From an uncultured bacterium (lineage in GTDB: Bacteria > Desulfobacterota_D > UBA1144 > Nemesobacterales > UBA2774), in assembly GCA_963705505.1 (NCBI GenBank), contig CAVPJU010000006.1, positions 64,001 to 128,000 of the forward strand: 64,000 nt of DNA, given 5' to 3'. Below are positions 50,749-60,478 of this stretch, piece after piece. Below the pieces are notes generated by a model. It searched no databases. It was not told the origin of the DNA and saw only the letters and a program-made list of their open reading frames with translations. Positions within the stretch are counted from its first letter, which is position 1. Each line of letters opens with the position of its first letter. Position numbers and translations under genes: made by a program.

Positions 50749-51933
50749 ATGGCAGTCTCATATCCTTTCAGCTCAAAGATCAGCCATTTTGTTCCACCGA
50801 AGCAATGGGCCAGCATGAGGGTCGCCCGGGAGCTGGAGAAAAAGACCGGGCAGAAGATTATTCATTTTGAGAAAGGGGATTATCAGGGTCCTGATTTCGA
50901 TACCCCCGAACACGTGCTCCAAGCTACAGTGCAGGCGCTCAGGGACGGTTATGTCAGGTATGATCCGGGTCCCGGTCTCCCGGAACTCAGGGAAGCCATA
51001 GCGGCCGAGATGACGAGCCGCGGGAGAAAGACAAAACCCGAAGAGGTCATTGTGACTGCAGGAGCCAAGCACGCCCTGACCATGTCTCTCCTCACGTTCC
51101 TGGAAGAGGGGGACGAAGTGATTTTCCCGAATCCGGGCTATCCGCCCGACGAAGTGTGGGCAAAATACGTTAGAGCGAAAATCAATCATACGCCGCTTAC
51201 CAAACCCGACTGGCAGTTCGACATGGAAAAGCTCGAAAGCCTGATCACGCCGAAAACGAAGCTCCTTATCATCAACACCCCGCAGAGACCTAACGGGCAC
51301 CTCGTCGAGAACCCGGAGGAGATTGCCGAGCTCTGCTTCAAGCACCCGAATTTGATGGTCATATCGGACGAGATTTTTTCGCATGTGACCTACGACAAGC
51401 CGCACAGAACGATATCCGCAGTCCCGGGTATGGCCGATAGGACGATAGTGATCGATACTTTCTCCAAAACATACGCTATGACCGGCTGGAGGATAGGCTG
51501 GGCAGTAGCCCCTGTACCCGTCATCGACAAGCTCTCAATTTTCCTCCAGGACTCGATAACTAATGTCGCGGCATTCATTCAAAAAGCGGCCTATGCCGCA
51601 ATGTCGGGGCCGCAGGACTGGACCATCGAGAAGACCAAGCTGCTGAAGAAGAAGAGGGACAGAATGGTCGCGGGGCTGAACTCGATCCCCGGAATTCAGT
51701 GCGATTCGCCTGACGGGGCGTTCTACGCTTTCCCCGATATTACCGGAACGGGTTTAACCTCGCAGGAATTCACCGACCGCCTCGTTGAAACGGCCGGCGT
51801 AGCAGTCGTCGCAGGGACCGCGTTCGGCAGTCAGGGAGAAGGCTATGTTAGGGTCACCTACGCATGTTCCGACGCTGACATAGACGAGGGAATAAGAAGG
51901 ATAAAAACAGCGGACCTCAAAAAGACCGCTTAA
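50749..51933 (+). CDS. PLP-dependent class I/II aminotransferase (AspC-like)
   Basis: GLPELREAIA, SDEIF, FSKTYAMTGWRIG, GAFYAFP. Confidence 0.93.
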   Translation: MAVSYPFSSKISHFVPPKQWASMRVARELEKKTGQKIIHFEKGDYQGPDFDTPEHVLQATVQALRDGYVRYDPGPGLPELREAIAAEMTSRGRKTKPEEVIVTAGAKHALTMSLLTFLEEGDEVIFPNPGYPPDEVWAKYVRAKINHTPLTKPDWQFDMEKLESLITPKTKLLIINTPQRPNGHLVENPEEIAELCFKHPNLMVISDEIFSHVTYDKPHRTISAVPGMADRTIVIDTFSKTYAMTGWRIGWAVAPVPVIDKLSIFLQDSITNVAAFIQKAAYAAMSGPQDWTIEKTKLLKKKRDRMVAGLNSIPGIQCDSPDGAFYAFPDITGTGLTSQEFTDRLVETAGVAVVAGTAFGSQGEGYVRVTYACSDADIDEGIRRIKTADLKKTA

Positions 51934-51944
51934 TTGAAGATTAC

Positions 51945-52022
51945 CGGAGACAGACTTTTATCCCCGGCCGTGTTCACGTTTCAGGCACGCGGGATAAAAG
52001 TTTGTCTCCGCCTTTATTTTTC
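51945..52022 (+). terminator. Long hairpin, probable terminator
   Basis: 20-bp stem (51945-51964 with 51991-52010, one G-U pair) followed by CCTTTATTTTT. Confidence 0.6.
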
Positions 52023-52086
52023 AAACACCCCTGAAAACGAAAATATTATTGCAAATTGCCGTTAAATTGATAAAACTAGATTTATC

Positions 52087-52935
52087 ATGAAATCCGCCGC
52101 AAGAAATATTAAGAAAAGGCTGACAGTTAATTTTCTTTTAATCGCATTTGTTTTTATTTTATCCGGCGCAGTCATTATAGCCTGTTACAAAGCGCCCGTT
52201 ACGGGGAGGTCTCAGTTCATCATCCTCTCCCAGTCGGAGGAGAACCAGATGGGCCTCGCCGCGTTTCAGGAAGTCCTCAAGACGGAGCAGGTATCTAAGA
52301 ATGACCAGTACAACGAGGCTGTAACCAGAGTGGGCATGCGGATCGTCGGAGTCGCCGATACGCCTCATTACAATTGGGACTTCAAGGTGCTGAATGACGA
52401 CGAGCAGATAAACGCTTTCGCCCTCCCGGGGGGAAAGGTAGGGGTATATACGGGTATCCTGCCTGTCGCAATGAACGATGCCGGACTCGCAACGGTAATG
52501 GCTCATGAGATCGGGCACGTCGCCGCACGCCACGGGGCAGAGCGCGTTTCGACGGATGTGCTCGCCCAGATAGGCGCCGTGGGACTGAGCACGGCTCTCG
52601 GCGGAAGCGACCCGTGGGTGACAGCCGCGGTTATGCAGGCGTACGGGGTAGGCGTCACGGTCGGGGGGATATTGCCATTCAGCAGGACCCAGGAAGCGGA
52701 AGCCGACCACATAGGACTCATATACATGGCTGAGGCGGGTTATGACCCGAGAGAAGCCATAGCGTTCTGGGAGAGAATGGACGCAGCCGTGAAAGGAAAA
52801 CCCCAGCCTCCGGAGTTTCTGTCCACACACCCGGGCTACGGGACGAGAATAAGCAATCTGAAAAAATGGCTGCCCGAAGCGCTGCCCCATTACGAGCAAT
52901 CGAAAAAGGCCCCCAATAATACTATTGCCAAGTAG
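52087..52935 (+). CDS. M48-family metallopeptidase lipoprotein
   Basis: IIAC lipobox, INAFALPGG, HEIGH, EAEAD, FLSTHP. Confidence 0.92.
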   Translation: MKSAARNIKKRLTVNFLLIAFVFILSGAVIIACYKAPVTGRSQFIILSQSEENQMGLAAFQEVLKTEQVSKNDQYNEAVTRVGMRIVGVADTPHYNWDFKVLNDDEQINAFALPGGKVGVYTGILPVAMNDAGLATVMAHEIGHVAARHGAERVSTDVLAQIGAVGLSTALGGSDPWVTAAVMQAYGVGVTVGGILPFSRTQEAEADHIGLIYMAEAGYDPREAIAFWERMDAAVKGKPQPPEFLSTHPGYGTRISNLKKWLPEALPHYEQSKKAPNNTIAK

Positions 52936-53006
52936 AGCCGGAAACGGGACCCGGGACCAGCTTTGCAAACCGGCCCGAAGACACGCGGCTCCGGCCTGGG
53001 ACTTAA

Positions 53007-53663
53007 ATGACAAAAAGAGAGCGGATAGAGAAATTTTACGAGGAGCTCCACAGAAAATTCGGCCCTCAGAGATGGTGGCCCGCGGAGACGGCGCTCGAAT
53101 GCATTCTGGGAGCCATACTTACACAGAACACGTCGTGGAAGAACGTCGAGAGGGCGCTTGAAAACTTGAAGAGAGAGAACCTCATTTCGGTCGAAAGCCT
53201 GAATTTAATAACCGCAGAGGAGCTCGCGGCCCTCATCCGCCCATCGGGTTACTACAATCAGAAAGCGCTTAAGATCAAAAATTTCGTATCGTTTTTGGTC
53301 AGGGAATACTCAGGCAGCCTGGACAGGATGTTTGCCGTGGATAAGTCACTGCTGAGAGAGAAGCTGCTGGGTATAAGAGGGATCGGGCCCGAGACTGCGG
53401 ACAGCGTCATGCTTTACGCGGGGGCGATACCGGTGTTCGTCGTCGATGCGTACACGTGGAGGATACTGTCGAGGCACGGGCTCGTGCCCGCGGAAACCTC
53501 GTATGACGAAATTCAGGAGCTATTTACGGACTCGTTAAAGGAGGACGCGGGGGTTTTTAACGAATACCACGCACTCCTGGTGAAGGTGGGTAAGGAGCAC
53601 TGTAAGAAGCGCGGCCCGGTATGCGGAGGATGCCCCCTCGAATACGACCCTCATACGGTATAA
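53007..53663 (+). CDS. Endonuclease III-like HhH-GPD protein
   Basis: GAILTQNTSW, GIGPETAD, FVVDAY, C-terminal Cys cluster. Confidence 0.9.
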   Translation: MTKRERIEKFYEELHRKFGPQRWWPAETALECILGAILTQNTSWKNVERALENLKRENLISVESLNLITAEELAALIRPSGYYNQKALKIKNFVSFLVREYSGSLDRMFAVDKSLLREKLLGIRGIGPETADSVMLYAGAIPVFVVDAYTWRILSRHGLVPAETSYDEIQELFTDSLKEDAGVFNEYHALLVKVGKEHCKKRGPVCGGCPLEYDPHTV

Positions 53664-53723
53664 ATGCGGACCCCGTCATAATGCTGCGTTCGTGTCGGCT
53701 GGTATGGAAGGTAAATTCGCAGG

Positions 53724-54077
53724 CTAATTCAGCCCGGTCTTAGCGGCGTCGACGACGGCCTTGAAGCTCTCGGGCTCCCTTATCGCCATTTCCGAAAGGG
53801 TTTTTCTGTCGAGCTCGATCCCGGCCTTCTTCAAAGACCCCATAAACGCGCTGTAGGAAAGACCGTACGGCCTGACAGCGGCGTTTATCCTCACAATCCA
53901 GAGCTTTCTGAAATCCCTCTTCTTAAGCTTTCTGTGCCTGAAAGCATAGGCCATGGCGCGTATAACGGTTTCTTTCGCCCTTCTTATATTATTCTTTCTT
54001 CTGCCCCAAAAACCTTTTGCGAGCTTGAGGACGCGCTTTCTCCTCTTTCTTGAAGCTACCCCTCTTTTTATTCTCAT
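53724..54077 (-). CDS. rplT: 50S ribosomal protein L20
   Basis: [22 protein letters not shown]. Confidence 0.98.
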   Translation of the reverse strand: MRIKRGVASRKRRKRVLKLAKGFWGRRKNNIRRAKETVIRAMAYAFRHRKLKKRDFRKLWIVRINAAVRPYGLSYSAFMGSLKKAGIELDRKTLSEMAIREPESFKAVVDAAKTGLN

Positions 54078-54152
54078 CTTTATCTCCCGTCTTTTATATC
54101 GTCACCAGTGAACTGACGCTCAAAGCAGCCAGACCCTGCTGACAAGTATTGA

Positions 54153-54356
54153 TTATTTATACGGAACGTATGACCTTATCCTCCTGGCCACCGCGCCCTC
54201 TTCAATCTTCGAGGAAACCAACCTTCTCATGCGCTTTCTTCCCTTCTTCTCGTTTGAATGGCTTTTGCCGCCGCTCGACCTCTTTATCTTACCGCTCGCT
54301 GTAACCCTGAACCTTTTAGCGGCGCTCCTGTTCGTTTTAACCTTCAGTTTTGGCAT
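54153..54356 (-). CDS. rpmI: 50S ribosomal protein L35
   Basis: KTNRSAAKRFRVTASGK; lies between infC and rplT. Confidence 0.95.
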   Translation of the reverse strand: MPKLKVKTNRSAAKRFRVTASGKIKRSSGGKSHSNEKKGRKRMRRLVSSKIEEGAVARRIRSYVPYK

Positions 54357-54900
54357 TTTCTCTCCCGCCTTGCGAGGTTTTCTTCGGTGATATCACCATT
54401 ATAAGATTTTTTCCTTCAAGCCTTGGGGGCATATCTATCCCGCCGATGTCGGCCACCCTTTCTATAATTCTGTTTGCGAGCACTCTGCCCAGCTCCGGAT
54501 GAACTATCTCTCTGCCCCTGAAAAATATCCTTATCTTCGTTTTATTATCGTCCTCCAGAAACTCCCTGATCCGGTTTATTTTAACATCAAGGTCATGGTC
54601 GCCGATATTAGGACGGAATTTCAACTCCTTTATAGTCTGCGTTTTCTGTCTCTTCGCATTCGCTTGTTTTTTCAGCTCATATTTATACTTACCGTAATCC
54701 ATCAGCCTGCACACGGGAGGATTCGCGTTGGGTGCGATCTCAACGAGGTCGACGCCCTTTTCTTCAGACATGCTGAGAGCTTCCCGGAACGGAACAACCC
54801 CAAGCTGTTCTCCGGTCTCGGAGATAAGTCTCACTTCCCTTGCTTTTATCCTTTGATTTACCCGAATTTCGGCTTCTCTACCTTTAGTCCCTTTAACTAT
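54337..54900 (-). CDS. infC: Translation initiation factor IF-3, non-canonical ATA start
   Basis: DLVEIAPNANPPVCRLMDYGKY, FFRGRE. The frame extends upstream through RVNQRIKAREV to ATA at 54900, preceded by GGAGG. Confidence 0.93.
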   Translation of the reverse strand: MVKGTKGREAEIRVNQRIKAREVRLISETGEQLGVVPFREALSMSEEKGVDLVEIAPNANPPVCRLMDYGKYKYELKKQANAKRQKTQTIKELKFRPNIGDHDLDVKINRIREFLEDDNKTKIRIFFRGREIVHPELGRVLANRIIERVADIGGIDMPPRLEGKNLIMVISPKKTSQGGRENAKTEG

Positions 54901-56831
54901 TGCCGTTCAACCTCCCTCCATGTATGAGGATCAAGTTCAATTGCTATGTGGTTTAAAAACTCATCTATCGTCATCGAAGGTAAATTCTTGCCTCCGAGCT
55001 TCCTCGGAGCCACAGTCCCCGATTCCGCTTCATTCTTACCGATTACGAGCAGATAGGGAACTTTCTCAAGCTGCGCCTCTCTGACCTTCAATCCGAGCTT
55101 TTCGTTCCTCGTGTCGCTCTCGACCCTTATCTTTCGCGCTCTCAATGTCTTATAGAGCTGCTCCGCATATTGAGCCTGCTCATCCCCTACAGTCGCGATA
55201 CGCACCTGCACGGGACTGAGCCAGAGCGGAAAGGCGCCGCCGTAATGCTCTATCAATACACCGAAAAACCTTTCCATAGACCCGAATATAGCGCGGTGAA
55301 TCATAATAGGCTGATGACGCGCGTTATCTTCCCCGACGTAGCTCATATCGAACCTTTCGGGAAGGTTAAAATCTACCTGAACTGTGGAGCACTGCCAAGC
55401 TCTGCCGAGAACGTCTTTTATCTTGAGATCAATCTTCGGTCCGTAGAACGCACCCCCGCCTTCGTCCACCTCGTATTTTAGCCCCTTTTTATCGAGAGCA
55501 GTCCTCAGCGCCTCCGTGGCCCTGTCCCATACCTCGACACGCCCGACGAATTTCTCAGGCCTGGTAGAGAGGTAAACCTCATATTCGTCAAAGCCGAATG
55601 TCCTCAGGAACAGGATTGTCAGGTCGAGGACGCCCAGGACCTCTTCTTCCATCTGATCGGGCCTGCAGAAAATATGGGCGTCGTCCTGGGAGAAACCCCT
55701 TACCCTCAGGAGCCCGTGAAGCACGCCAGAGCGCTCGTAGCGGTAGACGGTGCCTATTTCAGCCCACCTGAGCGGGAGGTCCCTGTAGCTCCTTATGCCC
55801 GTTTTATATATCATGATGTGAAAAGGGCAGTTCATGGGCTTTATCTGGAATTCCGTATTCTCGACTTCCATGCGGGGATACATGTTTTCATTGTAGAACT
55901 CGAGGTGGCCGCTCGTTTTCCATAGGTCTATTTTTGCTATGTGAGGCGTATAGAGGAGCTCGTAATCGCAGCGCTCGTGCTGGTCGCGCCAGAAATCCTC
56001 GATCACCCGCCTTACCCGCGACCCTTTCGGATGCCAGAGCACGAGCCCCGCTCCGGTCTCCTCCTGAATCGAAAACAGGTCGAGCTCTTTGCCGACCTTT
56101 CTATGGTCGCGTTTTTTGGCCTCTTCGAGCTTGTCCAGATACTCTTTTAATTCCTTTTTATCCCAGAAGGCGGTGCCGTAAATCCTCTGGAGCATGGGGT
56201 TCTTCTCGTCCCCCCTCCAGTAGGCGCCCGCGATACTGAGGAGCTTGAAAGCCTTGACGTAGCCGGTCGAGGGCGCGTGCGGCCCTCTGCAGAGGTCGTG
56301 CCAGCCGCCCTGCTCGTAAATGGTTATCTGCTGGTCGGAAGGGAGGTCGTTCACGATCTCGACTTTATAGTTCTCCCCCTCGGCGCTAAATATATCGATA
56401 GCTTTTTCCCTCGATACTTTTTTCCTGACGAGCGGTTTTTTCTGCTCGACTATCTCCCTCATCTTATCTTCTATCTTTTCGAGGTCTTCGGGAGTAAAGC
56501 CTCTGGAGTATTCAAAGTCGTAGTAAAACCCGTTCTCTATCACGGGGCCGATCGTGACCTTGGCCTCCGGGAAGAGGGACTGCACCGCTTCGGCCATTAT
56601 ATGAGCGGCCGTGTGTCTTATGAGGGCGAGGCCCGCCTCAGAGCCCGTCCTTACGGGCTCAAGCTCGGAGTCGGAATCAATCTCGAACCAGAAATCCACA
56701 AGCTTGCCGTTTACCTTAGCGCCTACGGTGCCGTTCTGTATTCCGATCGAATTTATTATCTCCCCTACGGTCGTACCTTTAGGAAAGGTTCTTTCCGCCC
56801 CGTCCGGAAGGTTTATATTTACTTCTGCCAT
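54897..56831 (-). CDS. thrS: Threonine--tRNA ligase
   Basis: RHTAAH, DLCRGPH, RDHRK, KPMNCP, FYGPKID. Confidence 0.98.
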   Translation of the reverse strand: MAEVNINLPDGAERTFPKGTTVGEIINSIGIQNGTVGAKVNGKLVDFWFEIDSDSELEPVRTGSEAGLALIRHTAAHIMAEAVQSLFPEAKVTIGPVIENGFYYDFEYSRGFTPEDLEKIEDKMREIVEQKKPLVRKKVSREKAIDIFSAEGENYKVEIVNDLPSDQQITIYEQGGWHDLCRGPHAPSTGYVKAFKLLSIAGAYWRGDEKNPMLQRIYGTAFWDKKELKEYLDKLEEAKKRDHRKVGKELDLFSIQEETGAGLVLWHPKGSRVRRVIEDFWRDQHERCDYELLYTPHIAKIDLWKTSGHLEFYNENMYPRMEVENTEFQIKPMNCPFHIMIYKTGIRSYRDLPLRWAEIGTVYRYERSGVLHGLLRVRGFSQDDAHIFCRPDQMEEEVLGVLDLTILFLRTFGFDEYEVYLSTRPEKFVGRVEVWDRATEALRTALDKKGLKYEVDEGGGAFYGPKIDLKIKDVLGRAWQCSTVQVDFNLPERFDMSYVGEDNARHQPIMIHRAIFGSMERFFGVLIEHYGGAFPLWLSPVQVRIATVGDEQAQYAEQLYKTLRARKIRVESDTRNEKLGLKVREAQLEKVPYLLVIGKNEAESGTVAPRKLGGKNLPSMTIDEFLNHIAIELDPHTWREVERQ

Positions 56832-56847
56832 AATCTCCGATACTTTG

Positions 56848-56922
56848 TGGTGAGCACGGCAGGATTTGAACCTGCGACCTCTTGCGTGTCAGGCAAGCGC
56901 TCTCCCCCTGAGCTACGCGCTC
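56848..56922 (-). tRNA. tRNA-Val(GAC)
   Basis: GAGCGCGTAGCTCAG...CTTGC-CTGACAC-GCAAG...GGTTCAAATCC...CTCACCA; CCA is encoded. Confidence 0.97.
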
Positions 56923-57016
56923 AATAATTACGAGAACCCTTAATTTTCTTATATAAAACAATAGCTGTCAAGATAAGGGAGGGGCATATTTTGCCGCCCT
57001 GTTTATAATACCTGAC

Positions 57017-57904
57017 TTATATTACGATCTCCTCGACCTTCTTACACAGCCGGACGAAGGGATGTTCCTTCAGCTGCCCGAGCAGCGAGGCAAATTTCGG
57101 CAGGAACGGCTTTGTCTTCCATTCAAAATAGCTCCGGTATAACGCTTCATCCCGGGAAACATCGAGGAGGTACCGGGCAAGCGATTCAGGGCTGTCCCAC
57201 TCGGACGCATTGATAAAGCATTTGTCGCCGGGGGCAAAATCGCCTATATTCGGAGCGCCCAGATAGACGGGCACAGAGCCCGCAAGTAAGGGATCGTAGA
57301 ATTTCTCGGTCACATAGTCCCGCGCAATAGCGTTCTCGAAAGCAATCGTAAACTTGTATCTCGAAATCGTATCCAATTTGAACTGGTGTCCGTAATCGTC
57401 GCCGGACGGCATGTTCGGAATCATCCGCCCGTACGAATGGACATCGAGAACGTTCATCATTCTTATCAGATACTGCAGCCTCCCGCTTTTATTGACATGA
57501 CTCGAGATGAAGGCATTCACGATCTTCCCCGGCTCCTTTTCCGGGACAGGCTTACGTGAAAGCACTGCGAAGTCACGCGGAAGGTACGGGGAAAAAATAT
57601 CCGCATCCAGACGGTGAGACATTCTCAGGTCGAAGCGGCTCATAAAAGCGGGATCGCTCATGTGAGGGTAATGAGCCTCGCACTCCACATACCAGGCGAC
57701 CCAAACCTGTCCGCTCTTTTTAACGACCCCGCCGTCCGTGAACATGGCGGGCGGGAGCGTAGGCAGATGGAATACGACCGCTGCTGCTTTGTCCATGAAA
57801 CGCCTCTCCATTGTAATGACGTACCTCTCCGGCAATTCATTCACCGGATAAACGAGAGGATCATGCCACATACGATTGTAAAAGAGTATTATTTTTCGGT
57901 CCAT
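57017..57904 (-). CDS. GT10 alpha-1,3/4-fucosyltransferase-like protein
   Basis: YKFTIAFENAIARDYVTEKFYDPLLAGSVPVYLG is the GT10 motif. Confidence 0.9.
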   Translation of the reverse strand: MDRKIILFYNRMWHDPLVYPVNELPERYVITMERRFMDKAAAVVFHLPTLPPAMFTDGGVVKKSGQVWVAWYVECEAHYPHMSDPAFMSRFDLRMSHRLDADIFSPYLPRDFAVLSRKPVPEKEPGKIVNAFISSHVNKSGRLQYLIRMMNVLDVHSYGRMIPNMPSGDDYGHQFKLDTISRYKFTIAFENAIARDYVTEKFYDPLLAGSVPVYLGAPNIGDFAPGDKCFINASEWDSPESLARYLLDVSRDEALYRSYFEWKTKPFLPKFASLLGQLKEHPFVRLCKKVEEIVI

Positions 57905-58105
57905 TTATTCCGAGCCGCGCTTTTAGTCATAATTCTATGCCATCCGTGTTGCTATGTCCAAGCATTTTAACTCCCTTCTCTTTCCTAAGGGCGCGGGTTC
58001 GAGTCCGCGCAATAAGGCCGCGAACATCGTCAGTACTGCATGCGTGGACCGGCCCATTTTCATTGATATAAGGGCAAAGTCTTGGTAACATTACTGGGTA
58101 GCAGT

Positions 58106-58179
58106 TGGGGCGTCGTCTAACGGTAGGACTCAGGCCTTTGGAGCCTGCTGTGGTGGTTCGAGTCCACCCGCCCCAGCCA
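58106..58179 (+). tRNA. tRNA-Gln(TTG)
   Basis: TGGGGCG...CAGGC-CTTTGGA-GCCTG...GGTTCGAGTCC...CGCCCCAGCCA. Confidence 0.96.
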
Positions 58180-58226
58180 GTGGACGAAGAAATATTCCTT
58201 ACCCCGATTTCTATTTGTGAACTCTG

Positions 58227-60386
58227 ATGACATCCGAAAACACCTCTAATCTCAATCCGTCCCAGGCGGAAGCCGTAAAACATGCGGGCGGGCCCGTCCT
58301 CGTGCTTGCCGGCGCGGGCTCCGGAAAAACGAGGATCATAACGGAGAGAATCGCATATCTGATAAACGCGAGAGGGGAGCACCCGTCCAATATACTGGCG
58401 GTCACATTCACCAACAAGGCGGCAAACGAGATGAAGGAGAGGCTCAACCGTTTGATCGCGCACCGGACAAAGAGCCTCTGGCTCGGGACCTTCCACTCCC
58501 TATGCCTCAGAATTCTGAAGAGGGAAATAAAACACCTGAGCGGGTTCAGACAGGACTTCGTAATCTATGACGACGGGGATCAGATAAAGCTGATAAAGGA
58601 GTGCATGAAGCGTCTTGAGATCGGGGAAAAGGAGATCGAGCCCAGATCGGTAAGGTCGAAGATAGACAGCGCAAAGAATAAAGGGCTCAATCCGGGCGAT
58701 GTGGGGAGAGACATTTACGACGAGAATGTCTCCAAAATTTACGAGCTCTACGAGCAGGAGCTCAGAAGATTAAATGCGCTCGACTTCGGGGACCTGCTTT
58801 ATATCACCGTGAGGCTCTTTCAGGAAAAACCCGACGTGCTGCGCCATTATCAGGAGATATTCCACCACATGCTCGTCGACGAGTACCAGGATACGAACCA
58901 TACGCAGTATAAGATTGTCGAGCTCCTATCCAGGAAACACAGAAACATATTCGTGGTCGGGGACGACAACCAGTCGATTTACGGCTGGAGGGGAGCCGAT
59001 ATCGCGAACATACTGAACTTCGAAAAGGATTACCCCGATGCGAGGGTTATCAAGCTCGAAAGGAATTACAGGTCGACAAAAACAATACTGAACGCGGCCA
59101 ACGGGTTGATCCTGAAAAACAGGAACAGGCACGATAAAAACCTATGGACCGAAAACCCGGAAGGGGAGAAATTACATTACTACACAGCGCATGACGAAAG
59201 AGACGAGGCGAGACACGTAGTATCACAGATCGAGTCAGAGGTTAGGGGGGGCGGCTATTCCTACAGGGACACGGCGGTATTCTTCAGGACAAACAACCAG
59301 TCGAGGACGATCGAGGACGAGCTGGTCCGAAAAGGGATACCGTATACGATAGTGGGGGGGATAGGTTTTTACCAGCGCGCGGAGATTAAGGACATACTTG
59401 CATACCTGAGGGTGATCGCGAACCCGCTCGATGACCTGAGCCTCCGCCGCATCGCGAACGTGCCCCCGCGCGGGATCGGAAGGGGAACGCTCGACAAACT
59501 CGACGAGCTCTCGAAAAATGAAGGCTCATCGCTCTTCGATGCGATGCATAAGGCCGTACGAGAGAATATTCTCCCCGCGAGGGCGGCTTTAAACCTCGAG
59601 AAGTTCCTCGGCCTGATGAACCGGCTCACAGGATTCGCCGAAAAGTATGAAATAGGAAAGCTCCTCGACCTCGTGCTTCAGGCTACAGGGTATCTCGACA
59701 TACTGGAGAAGGAAGAGGAGAAAAGGGAAAACGTCGGGGAGATACTGAACCTGGCGGCGGAATTCGAAAAGGAGGCGGAGAGGGCTACCCTGCATGACTT
59801 TCTCGACTCCGTCTCACTCGCAAGCGACGTGGACAGCTACAACGAAAAGGACGACAGGGTCCCGCTTATGACCCTTCACAGCGCGAAGGGACTCGAATTC
59901 CCGGTGGCCTTTATCATCGGGCTCGAAGAAAACCTCATACCGCATTTCAATTCCGCGAAGGAGGGGCAGGTTGAGGAAGAGAGGAGGCTCTTATACGTAG
60001 GGCTCACGAGGGCGAAGGAGAAGGTCTATCTCACGAGTGCTGTGAAGAGAAGGGTGTTCGGCAAGGAGGAGAGACCCGCGCCATCGAGATTCATAACGGA
60101 AATACCCGAGGAGCTCCTCGTATGGAAAAACTATTACGGCGGCTCATATAGTGAAACCCCACGGTCAGATTACTATTCAGAAACGAGAGACAGCGGCGGG
60201 GAGCGAAAAAAGGGCGGGAGCACCGATAACGGAAATAGATATAAAGTCGGACAGAGGATAGAGCATCCGTCATTCGGACAGGGGACCATAAAGAGGGTCG
60301 AGGGGACGGGGGAGGAAGCCAAAGTCACGATATCTTTTCCGGGCTACGGTTTAAAAAAGATTATCGCGAGCTATCTGGAGGGATAG
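58227..60386 (+). CDS. pcrA: UvrD/PcrA DNA helicase
   Basis: AGAGSGKT, TFTNKAA, VDEYQD, NYRS, TLHSAKGLEF, and a C-terminal Tudor-like HPSFG. Confidence 0.95.
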   Translation: MTSENTSNLNPSQAEAVKHAGGPVLVLAGAGSGKTRIITERIAYLINARGEHPSNILAVTFTNKAANEMKERLNRLIAHRTKSLWLGTFHSLCLRILKREIKHLSGFRQDFVIYDDGDQIKLIKECMKRLEIGEKEIEPRSVRSKIDSAKNKGLNPGDVGRDIYDENVSKIYELYEQELRRLNALDFGDLLYITVRLFQEKPDVLRHYQEIFHHMLVDEYQDTNHTQYKIVELLSRKHRNIFVVGDDNQSIYGWRGADIANILNFEKDYPDARVIKLERNYRSTKTILNAANGLILKNRNRHDKNLWTENPEGEKLHYYTAHDERDEARHVVSQIESEVRGGGYSYRDTAVFFRTNNQSRTIEDELVRKGIPYTIVGGIGFYQRAEIKDILAYLRVIANPLDDLSLRRIANVPPRGIGRGTLDKLDELSKNEGSSLFDAMHKAVRENILPARAALNLEKFLGLMNRLTGFAEKYEIGKLLDLVLQATGYLDILEKEEEKRENVGEILNLAAEFEKEAERATLHDFLDSVSLASDVDSYNEKDDRVPLMTLHSAKGLEFPVAFIIGLEENLIPHFNSAKEGQVEEERRLLYVGLTRAKEKVYLTSAVKRRVFGKEERPAPSRFITEIPEELLVWKNYYGGSYSETPRSDYYSETRDSGGERKKGGSTDNGNRYKVGQRIEHPSFGQGTIKRVEGTGEEAKVTISFPGYGLKKIIASYLEG

Positions 60387-60408
60387 AAGGATTGCAGGGT
60401 TAGAATAA

Positions 60409-60442
60409 GAGATTGCTTCGTCACTCCGTTCCTCGCAATGAC
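60409..60442. repeat. REP/RPE-like palindromic element, single half copy
   Basis: GAGATTGCTTCGTCACTCCGTTCCTCGCAATGAC resembles the widespread GAGATTGCTTCG...CTCGCAATGAC intergenic repeat (recalled from memory). Confidence 0.65.
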
Positions 60443-60478
60443 AGACGAGAAGCGTGGAATGGAAGCGGTTCACAAAAA

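Noticed and set aside
56923..57016. T-box leader for thrS
   Set aside because: tRNA-Val ends 16 nt before the thrS start, and no T-box sequence is visible.
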